64,000 nt of DNA from Eledone cirrhosa. Lineage: Eukaryota. The position numbers and the translations under genes are program-made. Location: NCBI GenBank assembly GCA_964016885.1, contig OZ024742.1, positions 253,828,001-253,892,000 of the forward strand, in the 5' to 3' direction. This document shows, piece by piece, positions 11,054 to 22,495 of the stretch. Numbering within the stretch: the stretch's first letter is position 1; each line of letters opens with the position of its first letter. A model generated the notes under the pieces. It did not search any database and had not been told where the DNA came from. It saw only the letters and a program-made list of their open reading frames with translations.

Positions 11054-11357
11054 ATATATATATATATATATATCACTTGGTTTCATTGTTCCTGGTCGGA
11101 CATATGTCTTACCACTTTTTAGATCAACTCTTTTCTCTTTGTCTCTCTTCGCTATCGCTTCTTTCCCTCATAGCTTTTTGATAGATAAAAAGCTAAGGGA
11201 ATGCTATGGATAGATGTATTGTCTATAATGCGCTGAAACATATGTGACCCGTAGTAGACAACTGATGAAGGGAGAATGTCCATCTCTTGTTTGTGTCTCT
11301 TTATTGTCTAACACTCGTTATCAGTAACCACACAGCCTCGTCCCCCTCAATCCACAT

Positions 11358-11404
<47 letters not shown>

Positions 11405-11844
11405 CATACATAAGGCATACATGAAATTTAGGAGAGATGTGTAAGATGAATATGAGAACATTTGTCACTAATCTCCTTAATGCAACTTTAAAACTCTTTC
11501 AGTCTTCTTGAAAGAGCTTATTTAAACTTGGTTTTTTAGGTGGAATTTATTGACTTTCACTATTTCACAAATACTATTTCAGTGTAATTTTGACAAATTG
11601 TATTGGCCCACTTCAATGCAGTAGTTTGTGTTCAAGATAGGAAAATGTGTTTACAAAGCTAAGTGATCAATTAGAACTAATAATCGTTATGTGATCTCTG
11701 ATTGTAAGGCATCAGCTATACTGGATAAAATAAACACTCTCAGAGAACAAAACTTTCTCTACTTCAAAACTGTATTCAATCTGTCTAATGATTTTTTTTA
11801 ACAAAACACACCACTGTCTTTCTATAAATGGACACTGAAATAGC

Positions 11845-12190
11845 CTGTTCGTGCCACAATAAATTTTACCCAGCCACATTGAAAAGTGGTAGAATTGGTG
11901 CCAAAATAAAATGTACTCAGTCAACTCTGTAAAGGAGGTAGTGATGATTTCACAATAAAATGTACCCAGTATGTTCTGTAAATTATTAGTACTGGTACCA
12001 CAATAAAATGTACCCAGTACTCTCTGAAAATTAGTGTTACTGGTGCCACAATAAAATGTACCAGTACACTCTGAAAAGTGGTTGCCATTAGAACCAGCCA
12101 TAGAAATCATGCCAAATGGAGGAGGAAGTTGTAACCCATTCAATTCATGACACATAGAAAAAATTGTGAGGCAATTGTGATGATGATAGT
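11845..12190 (+). repeat. ~41-bp minisatellite of the same family as 6750-7205
   Basis: Six or so GTGCCACAATAAAATGTACCCAGTAC units followed by a degenerate SINE tail. Confidence 0.7.
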
Positions 12191-12517
12191 GATTTACTTG
12201 GCACATTTATTTGTAGAGCAAACTAATGACATAAAGCCAAATAAAAGAAATATCTGTGTCTATCATAGATGAATGTTTCCCACTATAAGATTGTGCTGGA
12301 CAGTGAGTTGATAAATCCAGATGAAGTGTGAAGTGTAAACACTTTGGACTATTCCTCTATACAGAGTCAAACAGAAGAATTTTTCTTATGCATTTCAGAT
12401 ATTATTATCTCCTCAACAGAGAATATATAACCTTCAGATTTTGTGTGTATTCTAGCATGAATATTTATTACTTTTGTTTTCATTTTCCTAGCGAATTCTG
12501 TTTGTAGGTATCACAAT

Positions 12518-12624
12518 ATATATATTTATATATATATATATGTGTGTGTGTATATACATAAATACACACACTCACACACACACACACACTCACACACACA
12601 CACTCACACACACACACACACACA

Positions 12625-12664
<40 letters not shown>

Positions 12665-12721
12665 CACACAGACACTCTCACACAGAGTCACACAGACACT
12701 CTCACACACTCACTCACCCCA

Positions 12722-12753
<32 letters not shown>

Positions 12754-12780
12754 ACACACACATACATAGTCACACAGACA

Positions 12781-12828
<48 letters not shown>

Positions 12829-12830
12829 CA
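12518..12830. repeat. Compound (TA)n/(CA)n microsatellite
   Basis: Direct inspection. Confidence 0.95.
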
Positions 12831-13113
12831 AAAGTTGTTCAATAACTTTTAATCGAAATAAATCTGTTACAATGTATTTCCAACCTTATCTATTCTGTCA
12901 ACCATGATCGGAACACTGTTATTACCAATGATGAGACACTGAAATGGAACAAAATATTGTTACTTTGTAAGATTAAATCTAGAGATATAATACGATTCAT
13001 TTTTACAGAGAAAAATCATCATTCATTAATTTTCTCAGACTAGGAGACATACACACGTATAAACAATTAACACATCATATTGACACTGATACCACACGTC
13101 TGGGTGTCTATAT

Positions 13114-13149
<36 letters not shown>

Positions 13150-13804
13150 GTGTGGATTTTGTTGATTTCGGATTCACGGAAACCTACCAGAGATATTGCT
13201 TAATATCGACATGATGGTCCAGGTTTGTCAAATTATCCTGAGTTGGTTTTCTCATTGCTTTGCTCCTTGAGGCTGGCTTACTGGTCGCAATCTTCAAATT
13301 TTACTCTAAGGTAAAATACCTTATTGAGTGCTTAGCTGCACATTCCGATTGATTGCATTCGTTAGCATAGCTGCAATCAGAGCTTCGATTATGCTGAAGT
13401 TCCATTTGTATATATATATATATATATATATATATAAGTAAAAATTAGCGAGAATCGTTTTTCAGCTCAGGAATTAACGAAAAACACTTCCGAGTTGTGT
13501 GGCAAGCGCTCGATAATTCATATGAATTAGAGCTACAACTTACGTTAAAGGCCAAACACACTGAGATGGTGGTTAAACTAATCATCCGTACAGCGAAAAA
13601 ACGACCGTCTAATTCGGGTCAAACAGATATACAAATATAAAAATATATAAAAATATATATGGTTGAAAATTTATCTGGTTGAAAAATATATATATAACAT
13701 AGTTCCAAAGACCCTTTGGAGGAACCACATTTTGGCCACTTGTATTCGCGATCGTATTTTTTTGGTCATTACACACAAGATTGATGACCTTAAGTAAGGA
13801 TTGG

Positions 13805-15410
13805 CATGAATACTGAATTGAAGATGCAAGTTTGGCTTTTATGCCTACCTCACTTCTAACAAACGCTGAAGCTGGTGTATTACTACACAAGCTCCTACAA
13901 TTCTTGTACTTAATGCAACCTCCTGCCTCCTATCACTCATGGACCCAAAGTACTTCAACCACCTGCTTCAGTGGAACTCTTTTCACATGTAGAGTGCACT
14001 GTACAAGCTTCCTTGAGAGGATGAGTGTCTCAGTTTCTGCACCACTGATTTTCATTCCAACCATGCAGCACTTGGCATTAAACCTATCAAGAGCAAGTCA
14101 GAGATCACCTTCTGTTGAGTTAAGTAACACCATGTTGTATGAAAATTCCAGCTGACTGATTTTACACCTGTTAGACATGATATTACTTCTAACTCGGATG
14201 TGCATGTCCCATATTGAATGCTTTCAATTTAGCACTATTTATCCGAACAAAATACTTGGGCATTTGTATAGAGACATCAGGGCAACAAGAAGCTGACCAT
14301 CAATCCCATTCTCCTGCAGAACCTTCCACAGCAGGCCTCGAGGAATGTGATCATATACCTTTATTAGGTCTATGAAACAAGAATATACCTCATAGCAATA
14401 CTCCCATGATTTCGCAAAGACCTCTCGCAGTCTGAATATTTGGTCAGCTGTTGCTGTGTCTGGTGTGAAAACCACACTGTTCATCAGCTAGCTTGGACTC
14501 AACAATCTCCTTACATCCCATTGCCAGACACTTAACATAGACTTTATCAGGGAGGCTTAACAAGAAGATCCCGCAGTAATTGAAACAATTTCTCTTGTCT
14601 CCCTTTTCGAAAATTGGGATTATCACTTCCGATTGCAATTGCATAAATGCCTTTCCAGAGATTCAGGCCACCCGGCACATAGAATTCAACCAGCAGAAAA
14701 TACTTTCTCTATTTAAGGCTTTTACCATCTCAAACTGGATTTCATCTTCCACAGCAACTTGCCACATTTGAGCTTTTTAACTGTTCTCGTGATCTCAGCT
14801 TCTGAGAGGTTAGTCACCATTCTAAGATGCACCTCATGTACATCAAAAGATGTTGTGATCGGGTTTCAGAGATCAGCAAAGTATTCGATCCACATCACAA
14901 GGATGCACCTCTCTGTGGAGAGGTGAACACAAGATGCCTTCCTGATAACAGGTGTGGAGGAGGACTTCTTAATACGACATTGGCAGATGATCTACTAGAA
15001 CACTTTATTTGCTGATCTCAAGTTCATCGCGAATACAAGCAGCCAAAATCCTTCGTCTGAAGGATCCTTGGAGTAACGTTACTCGACACAGTGTGTAACT
15101 CAGAAATCAGAGAGTCACTCCAGGTAGAGCTGCTACTTCAAATTAAGAGATCACAGCGTCAATACTATGGGCATGTGATTAGAATGGCTCTGGAAAGAAT
15201 CACTGAACAGATATTATGGAATGGACAAAACCAACTGGCAAGAAACCCAAGTGTAGAGTTCGAGCAGGATGGTTGGATAACATCCATGAGCTTGGCTGGT
15301 CTCACTTGGGGATCCAGTCAGATCAATTGCAGACAGTTGCTTCTGAAAGGACCTGTTGGAAGGAGTATTTGAGTACTCTGCCTCTACGATTCTGTCAGGA
15401 ATATGTGGGG
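13805..15410. mobile_element. Decayed RTE-clade LINE with inverted 5' part
   Basis: Minus 13805-14930 encodes RT (IIPIFEKGD, NYCGIFLLSLP, EQCGF, CFIDLIKVYDHIP). Plus ~15020-15410 encodes the following C-terminal part (NSEIRESLQVE, YYGHVIRM). Confidence 0.8.
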
Positions 15411-15442
15411 AAAGAAGAAGATATATATGTGTGTGTGTGTAT

Positions 15443-15578
15443 ATTCCTGATTTCATACGAATGAAACAGTTCTAATCCTGTAGGAGTCATTTCTATATAT
15501 AATAAAGATCCATACATGCTACTAATGTATTGAGTAACTTTTTTAACTGCGATTACCGCCCGACACAGCTCGGGAATC

Positions 15579-15581
<3 letters not shown>
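15443..15581 (+). mobile_element. Single-arm relative of the 5948-6479 hammerhead element, core deleted
   Basis: ATTC-CTGA(TGA missing)-TTTCATACGAAT-GAAA-CAGTTCTAATCCTG-TA, then AATGTATTGAGTA..GATTACCGCCCGA..CGGGAATCTAC-(TA)n; colinear with the reverse complement of 5948-6085. Confidence 0.7.
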
Positions 15582-15611
<30 letters not shown>

Positions 15612-16173
15612 CTGTTGTTTTAATGTCCATATATACCATTGTTATTTTAATGGAACATGTTAATCTCATTTGTTGTGCTTCCCATAATATCAGTTCTTAT
15701 TTTGTGTATCTACTCTTCTAGATATGTTGCCTTCTTTATGGCTTATGGAGCCCACATCTGCCCTATATATATTTAGAGAGAGGTAAAATCCTGACTGTGG
15801 TGCCTAGCTGTTTTGTCTTGCATGTTCAGCCAGCCTTTTCAAGGGTATAGGTTGGGTGGCTGTTACAGCGGGTGTCACTGACCATCATCTGGAGGAATGC
15901 CTTTGCCGTCTTGTCCATGGGGCGCAGCACTCCTACTCTGTTGCCCTAGGCCCAATCCCCTCACTCTCTCTCTGTCACTCTATCTATCTATATATAATGT
16001 ATATATATAAGGAAAAAAAATTGAAAATGCAACTGGAGTCTTTTAAGAATATTTATTTACTTTACTGGTTTCACAGTTCTTATGATTTTCAAACGAAAAA
16101 TTCAGATGGAGGGTTTTTTGTTTCTGTTGTGGTTTGTCTCGCATATATATATATATATATGATGATGATGATG

Positions 16174-18387
16174 ATCATCATCATCATTTTACGTCCATTC
16201 TTCAACGCTAGCATGGGTTGGACGGGATGTCCTGTTGTGGGTAGTGCCAGGTCGAGTGACCATGCCTTGCTCATACGGGAACTGATTTTGGTTTGATTTC
16301 TACAGCTAGATGCACTTCCTAAAACCAACCTCACTTACAGTGAGTCCTGGGTGCTTTTTTCTGTGGCGCCTACACAACCACATTACAGTGTGGGCTGGGT
16401 GCTTTTTTGTCGTGATGCCAGAGGTCACGGTCCAGTGATGTTGTCTTAGAGAGGTGCGATTGGGTCTCCCCACTCCAAGACTTCCATCGACTTCTAGTGC
16501 TCTGCACATTTTTATGCAGCAGTCATCCTTCATACGCATTATGTCCATACCAACACAACCTCCTCTCCTGCACACAGCATTTGATTCCTCTTATGCTCAG
16601 TCTCTATCTCAATTTGTCTATGCTTTGCCATTCGCGTATATTTATATTTCACATCCATCGGAGCATGCAAGCTTCATTTTTTCTGATCTATGCAAGTCTT
16701 CTACACACAACGCCCAGGTCTCACAACCATGTAACATTGCTGATTCCATGCACGCATCATACAGTCTGCTTTTCATTTTGAGGGAAAAGCCTTTTGCAGC
16801 TAGCAGTGGCAGTAGCTCCCTGAACTTCTTACATCCTGTTCTTACCCTGGTTACTGTACTTTCAGAACACCCGCCTCCACTTCTAATTCAGTCACCTAGG
16901 TAGCAAAAGCTGTCTACTGTTTCTACAGAACTTTCCCAGAGTTTGGTGGTGACTGTTTCCTGTGTCCATTTGTTGCTTGCTGTCTAGGCGCAGCTGCTGC
17001 ATGTAAAGCCTACATTCTTAACTAAGCTTCCTGAGATCCCACTACATCTCTTGTGTACCTATAGTTTGCATTTGGGGAAGAGTATGGAATTCCTACCTAC
17101 ACATTTCCTACATACTGAGCAAGGCCATTTCCCTGAGGGGATCTGGGTTCTGTTTTCTCATCTACTTATGTGTACCTTAGTCTTTGACAGGTTGCCTTTG
17201 AGCCCCCTTCTATCTAATCCCTGCTTCCATGTTTGGAATTTCTTCTTTAGTCCTGCCATTGATTCAGCTATAAGTGTAAGATCATCTGCATACAGGAGTT
17301 CCCATGGGCATCCGGTCTTAAACTCCCCCGTTATAGCCTCCAATACTATAAATAACAGGAGAAGGCTAAGAACAGAGCCCTGGTGGACACTGATGTGTAT
17401 GCTAAATTCCTCGCTATAGTCATTGTTAACCCTAACTTTGCTGACTGCTCCTCTATACATGGCTTGAACAGCTTTCACAAGTCATTCATCTACTCCTAGA
17501 GTTTTCTAAGAGCCCACCAGATTATAGCACAGGGCACTCTCTTTAAGGCTTTTTCCAGATCGACAAATGCCAGGTAGAGCAGCTTACTTTTAGCTAGGTA
17601 CTTTTCCTGTAACTGCCTCACAAAGAAGAGAGCATCAGTGGTGCTTTTGCCTGGCACAAACCCAAACTGCATCACATCTAGATTTACCTGTTCCCTAATC
17701 AGCTGTGCTCATTACTTTCATGACCTGGTCCATCAGCTTTATACCTCTATAGTGTCCTCTATCTAGTGCATCTCCTTTACCCTTGTACCAGCTGACAATG
17801 ATGCTGCTGCAGCAATCATTTGGTATGACACCTTCTAGTATTACCTGGTTAACAATACATGTGGTTATGGTGTGACCTACTGACCCAGATGCTTTCAGTA
17901 TCTTGGCAGCTATACCCAATGGACCGGTTGCCTTCCCAGTCTTTAATTGTCTTACTTACTACTGTGCTGCTGACTTCTATTGCTTGCTCATCTATAGGGT
18001 CCACTTGGGGTAGAGTCTCTTTCACCCATGCATTCTCCTCATTTATTAATCTTTCATAATGGCTCTTCCATGCATCTTTCTTCTAGGCACTTGTGAGAGC
18101 AAGCTCACCTTTATCATTCCTGACACACTTCTCTCCAATGACATCACAATTCTCGCTGACACACTGCCTCGCAATCTTGAACACCTCCCATTTTTGGTCC
18201 TCACGCTGCAAAACATGCTTGAATTTTCTATCCTCCGCTTCCCTTCTAGCTAAGTATACTTGTCACCTAGCTTCCCTGTTGGTCTCTATGTAATGTACCC
18301 TGCTTCCCTGTTCGTTTGTTCTTTCCATACCTGTCTCTTAATTGCCTCATCTACCTTATTATTCCACCACCAAGTCACTCTCCTCCC
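16174..18387 (-). mobile_element. Decayed RTE-clade LINE, related to 7780-10108
   Basis: Minus-strand fragments YRGIKLMDQVMKV, HQGSVLS, TGCPWELLYADD, DGSLGVGRP; (ATC)n tail at 16174. Confidence 0.9.
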
Positions 18388-18651
18388 TGAGAAAGAAACT
18401 GGGATAAGTTGCGGTGTGCAGGAGAGAAGACTGAGATGTATGGACATGTGATGTGCATGGAGGATGACCACTGGGTAAAGAAGTGCCAATAAATCCCAGT
18501 GGAAGGAAGACACAGTAGAGGTAGACCACGTAAAACATGGGTGGAGGTGGTGAGAGCAGACTTCAGATCGCTGAAACTCACTGAGGAGATGACGAAGGAC
18601 CGTGACATGTGGAGAGATGCTGTGCTGAATAGGACCCGTCCTATGATGATG

Positions 18652-18652
<1 letters not shown>
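18388..18652 (+). mobile_element. 3' end of a second RTE subfamily, fused head-to-head to the previous LINE
   Basis: LRKKLGISCGVQERRLR..GRPRKTWVEVVRAD..RDMWRDAVLNRTRP; closely matches the reverse complement of 32370-32630; (GAT)n tail. Confidence 0.85.
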
Positions 18653-18687
<35 letters not shown>

Positions 18688-18697
18688 ATATATATGT

Positions 18698-18738
<41 letters not shown>

Positions 18739-18741
<3 letters not shown>

Positions 18742-19030
18742 CAAAAAGACAAAGCATGTCAAATAGAATGGACACAGCTTTGGTCGTTTCTTCACTCATT
18801 CAATGACCAATTAAGACAATTAAACATTGAGATGTTTAACTATTAAAGACTAATTAATATTTAATTAATATTATGTATATATATATATATATATATATAT
18901 AATATCAATCTTAAAATATGTGAATTTTTTTCCTACATGATTCGCTGTAAATGGTCAGGCCTTGCTTAAATTTCTTTGATGTGACGTCACGGATCACTAA
19001 AGGGTTTACTACTGTGATCACTGCCACTAG

Positions 19031-19068
<38 letters not shown>

Positions 19069-19559
19069 CAAAGAGACAAAGCATGTCAAATAGAATGAAC
19101 ACATGGACACAGCTTTGGTCGTTTCTTCACTCATTCAATGACCAATTAAGATTGCATTATCAAAATTTGAACCTAGCAGGCCAGAGTGTCCACTTTCATT
19201 AAACAGTGAGGAAAACGACTTCATGTGGATAAGAATGTTAAGTTACCCAGACTACTGCAACAGTTTCTGTAGTTCCGATCTGCTGGCAGTGTTCTGAAAG
19301 TAGCAGCCATGTGCAGAATATTAGGTAATGATAGTACACAATAGGTAATTAAACATAGAGCCTGGTTTGTCAGCGGGAGTTCGCCTCCCTGTGATGGAAG
19401 ACAAAAATGCTTTGCTACCAAGCTCAATTGCTAGTGGCAAGTGATCACAGTAGTAAACCCTTTAGTGATCCATGATGTCACATCAAAGAAATTTAAGCAA
19501 GGCCTGACCATTTACAGCGAATCATGTAGGAAAAAAATTCACATATTTTAAAATTGATA

Positions 19560-19606
<47 letters not shown>

Positions 19607-20450
19607 ATATTAATTAAATATTAATTAGTCTTTAATAGTTAAACATCTCAATGAATGGATAAAATATATAGATGAAATATCAATCAGAGAAGCAATATTA
19701 CATTTTAAATTTAAGTGCAAACCTCTATTTATCGGAGTAGAAGCCAGACAGACCAAAAAGATTTTTAATCAATCTCATTTATTTATCGATCTCCCTACCA
19801 TGGTTATCATGAAATTATACATACTGTTGCAGAGCCAGCATGCTGGACACAAACACATTGTGCATTTGAACTATTAAATGAACAAATGTCTTTTGATATT
19901 AAGCTGCTCCTGATTTGTTGTGCTGTGTCAGGTGGTCTTTTGGCTGCTACTTCTAGCAGCATTATAAGCTTGTCATGTAGTCCTAATATTAAGAGATATT
20001 CATTCATTTAATAGTTCAACTGCACGACATGTTTTTGTTCAGCGTGTTAGCTTGGCAACAGTATGTATAATTTCATGATAGTTATGGCCTCTTAGAATTG
20101 AAGAATAACTCTCCTGATGAATTTGCGGATTCTTCAAATGTTGGTCTTTTCCAATAATTACTTCTTCCGCAAATGAAACCATGGTAGGGAGATCGATATA
20201 TAAGGGAGATTGATTAAATATTTTTTGGGTCTGTCTGGCTTATACTCCCATAAATAGAGTTTTTTCACTTAAATTTAATATGTAATATTGCTTTTCTGAT
20301 TGGTATTTGATCTACGGTATATATTTTATCCATTCATTGAGATGTTTAAGTATTAGAGACTAATTTATCTTTAATTAATTTTAAACTGCTCCTGATTTGT
20401 TGAACTGTGTCAGGCGATCTTTTGGTTGCTATTTCTAGCAGCATTATAAG
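18739..20450. repeat. Nested direct and inverted duplication complex
   Basis: Direct 18739-18817/19066-19151; inverted 18825-19034/19427-19653; inverted 19610-19805/20177-20380; direct 19903-19968/20386-20450. Confidence 0.85.
20109..20191 (+). ncRNA. Type-I hammerhead ribozyme motif, intact core
   Basis: CTCTC-CTGATGA(20114-20120)-ATTTGCGGA/TCCGCAAAT perfect 9-bp stem II-GAAA(20175-20178)-CCATGG-TA-GGGAG. Confidence 0.9.
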
Positions 20451-20637
20451 TGAAATTCTGTTAAAACGAAATTCATGGTGTATAAACAAGAATTCATTTT
20501 AATGAAAAATTCTTTGTAATGAGGTTGACCAAAACAAATTGAGCATTTGTTTGTTATTAACTTGGGGATTGAAAAAAATGTTGTTATACTGAAAAATTCG
20601 TTATAATTGTATTTGTTAGAACGTAATTTTATCTCTG
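20449..20637. mobile_element. Possible Tc1/pogo-type MITE
   Basis: Imperfect terminal inverted repeats AGTGAAATTCTGTTAAAACGAA / TTTGTTAGAACGTAATTTTATCT with internal TTCGTTATAA-like motifs. Confidence 0.35.
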
Positions 20638-20653
20638 TATATATCTATATCTA

Positions 20654-20685
<32 letters not shown>

Positions 20686-20687
<2 letters not shown>

Positions 20688-20922
20688 CTCACTGTAAATG
20701 AGGTTGGTGTTAGGAAGGGCATCCAACTGTAGAAATCAAGCCAGAATCAGTTCCCATATGAGCACGACAAGGTCAGCCGACTGGGCACTGCCCACAACAG
20801 GACAACCCATCTAACCCATGCTAGCATGGAAGAATGGACGTAAAACAGTGATGATGATGATATCTAACCTATGCTAGCATGGAAAATGGACGTTAAACGA
20901 AGATGATGATGATGATGATGAT
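20686..20922 (+). mobile_element. SINE 3' fragment with two tandem RTE-type tails
   Basis: GTTAGGAAGGGCATCC module; ATCTAACCcATGCTAGCATGGAA..GGACGT..(GAT)n present twice. Confidence 0.75.
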
Positions 20923-20923
20923 A

Positions 20924-21652
20924 TCTATATACATAAATGGCAATTTCTGTGTTTGTTTGTGAACCTAAAACTCAAAAACTAACAAACATATCTTAATGAA
21001 ACTTGACACGTGTGTGGAGCTCATGCCCATTTGATTTCTTATGTATATTTCATTTTAATCAAAAGGTTCCCCGGGGGTTCAAACCCCCGCTTAATTTTTT
21101 CCCTTCGATTTATATGAAATTTAAACCATAGGTAAATGCCTATGCACAAAATTTCAGCAAATTTCAATAATATTAAGACACCCTAATGGGGGTTAAACCT
21201 CCTATAGTGAAAATTTTGGCCAATAAATGGAACAGGATTTCACGAACTCCTCCTATGGTATATATTCTGAAACTACAATGCACAGGGTACTTGGATAAGT
21301 ATATTTCATTTTAATCAAAGGGTTCCCTGGGGACACAAAACCCCCGCTGAAAATTTTTTCCCTCCGATTTATATGAAATTTAAACCATAGGTAAATGACA
21401 AGATATGATGCCTATTCACAAAATTTCAGCAATGAAACCCCCTAATGCGGTTCTATTTGTTCCTTATAGCAATACCCAACTTCTCTGACAAACATTTTTC
21501 GCCTGTCCAATGCAATCAACAATATTTGTTTGTATTATTGTTTCGTAAATAAATTTGTCTTCGCTTTTGATTATCTGTCCTATATTTTGATTTCATTTTT
21601 GGTCTGAGAGGCATTTTAATAGGAACTGGGAATTACTGGGTACCTCAGCTAG
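20924..21652 (+). mobile_element. Non-autonomous Helitron
   Basis: A|TC start (TCTATATACATAAATGG..CTGTGTTTGTTTGT..AAAACTCAAAAACT..ATGAAACTTGACAC) and 3' CTGGGAATTACTGGGTACCTCAGCTAG|T end; no TSD; internal ~150-bp duplication. Confidence 0.7.
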
Positions 21653-21749
21653 TATACAATATCATAAAGGGAGGAGTGCAGGACAGCATCCGTTTTATAT
21701 TTTTTTTATCCCATTAGTAAAATAAGTTAGATTACTTTGAATAAATAAT

Positions 21750-22054
21750 TGTTTCTACTTTAGGCACAAGGCCAGCAAATTACCCAGTGCATTACTGGTA
21801 CTTTATTTTATCGACCCCGTAAGGATGAAAGGCAAAGTCAACCTCGGCGAGATTTGAACTCAGGTCGTAAAGGGACGTAACTATGCTGGAAAGCATGGCG
21901 TCTGACTCTCTACCGAGTTCTTTGAGATACTGGCTGGAGTGCTCCAGGGAAATACATTGGCTCCCTACCTTTTTATCATCGCAGTGGACTTTTGTATGCG
22001 CCTTGCACTGGAGAAACACGTCCGACCCTCTACCGATACTGCCAATCCACCGCC
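21750..22054 (-). mobile_element. Full-length Nin-like tRNA SINE with 18-bp TSD and an internal insertion
   Basis: TSD TTACTTTGAATAAATAAT at 21732-21749 and 22055-22072; head GGCGGTGGATTGGCAGTATCGGTAGAG; B box GAGTTCAAATC; GACTTTGCCTTTCATCCTTACGGGGTCGATAAAAT domain. Confidence 0.9.
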
Positions 22055-22239
22055 TTACTTTGAATAAATAATGAATGAATATTATGTAATTTATCTACTA
22101 AATTTCGTAGCTCTTGATTAAACATAAATATTCTTATATATGAAGTATTGCTTATTTTAAGATTTACTTCTTTAAAACTTTCAAATGTCAACCTTCTGGT
22201 TAGCATCCATTATATCATAACACTTATCACATTGCTTAT

Positions 22240-22452
22240 ACTGCATATATAATAAACTAAAATGTTATGAAAACGAAAAAGGAGAAAATTAGCGACGGAA
22301 ATATAAACCTTATCTAATGATGCAAATAGAGGAACGTTTATATAAGTTATATAAACGTTCCTCTATTTACATCATTATATAAGGTTTATATTTCCGTCGC
22401 TAATTTTCTCCTTTTTCGTTTTCATAACATTTTAGTTTATTATATATGCAGT
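22240..22452. repeat. Near-perfect ~213-bp palindrome
   Basis: Arms ACTGCATATATAATAAAC...GGAACGTTTATATAA and their reverse complement around a single G at 22346, with about 2 mismatches. Confidence 0.95.
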
Positions 22453-22495
22453 TTATATATAATATCATCTTTTTTAAATGTATCATGGATTACTT

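Noticed and set aside
12990-13030. Minus-strand ATGATGA-TTTTT..AAAAAT-GAAT as a hammerhead
   Set aside because: Both core boxes are mutated and there is no stem I or stem III
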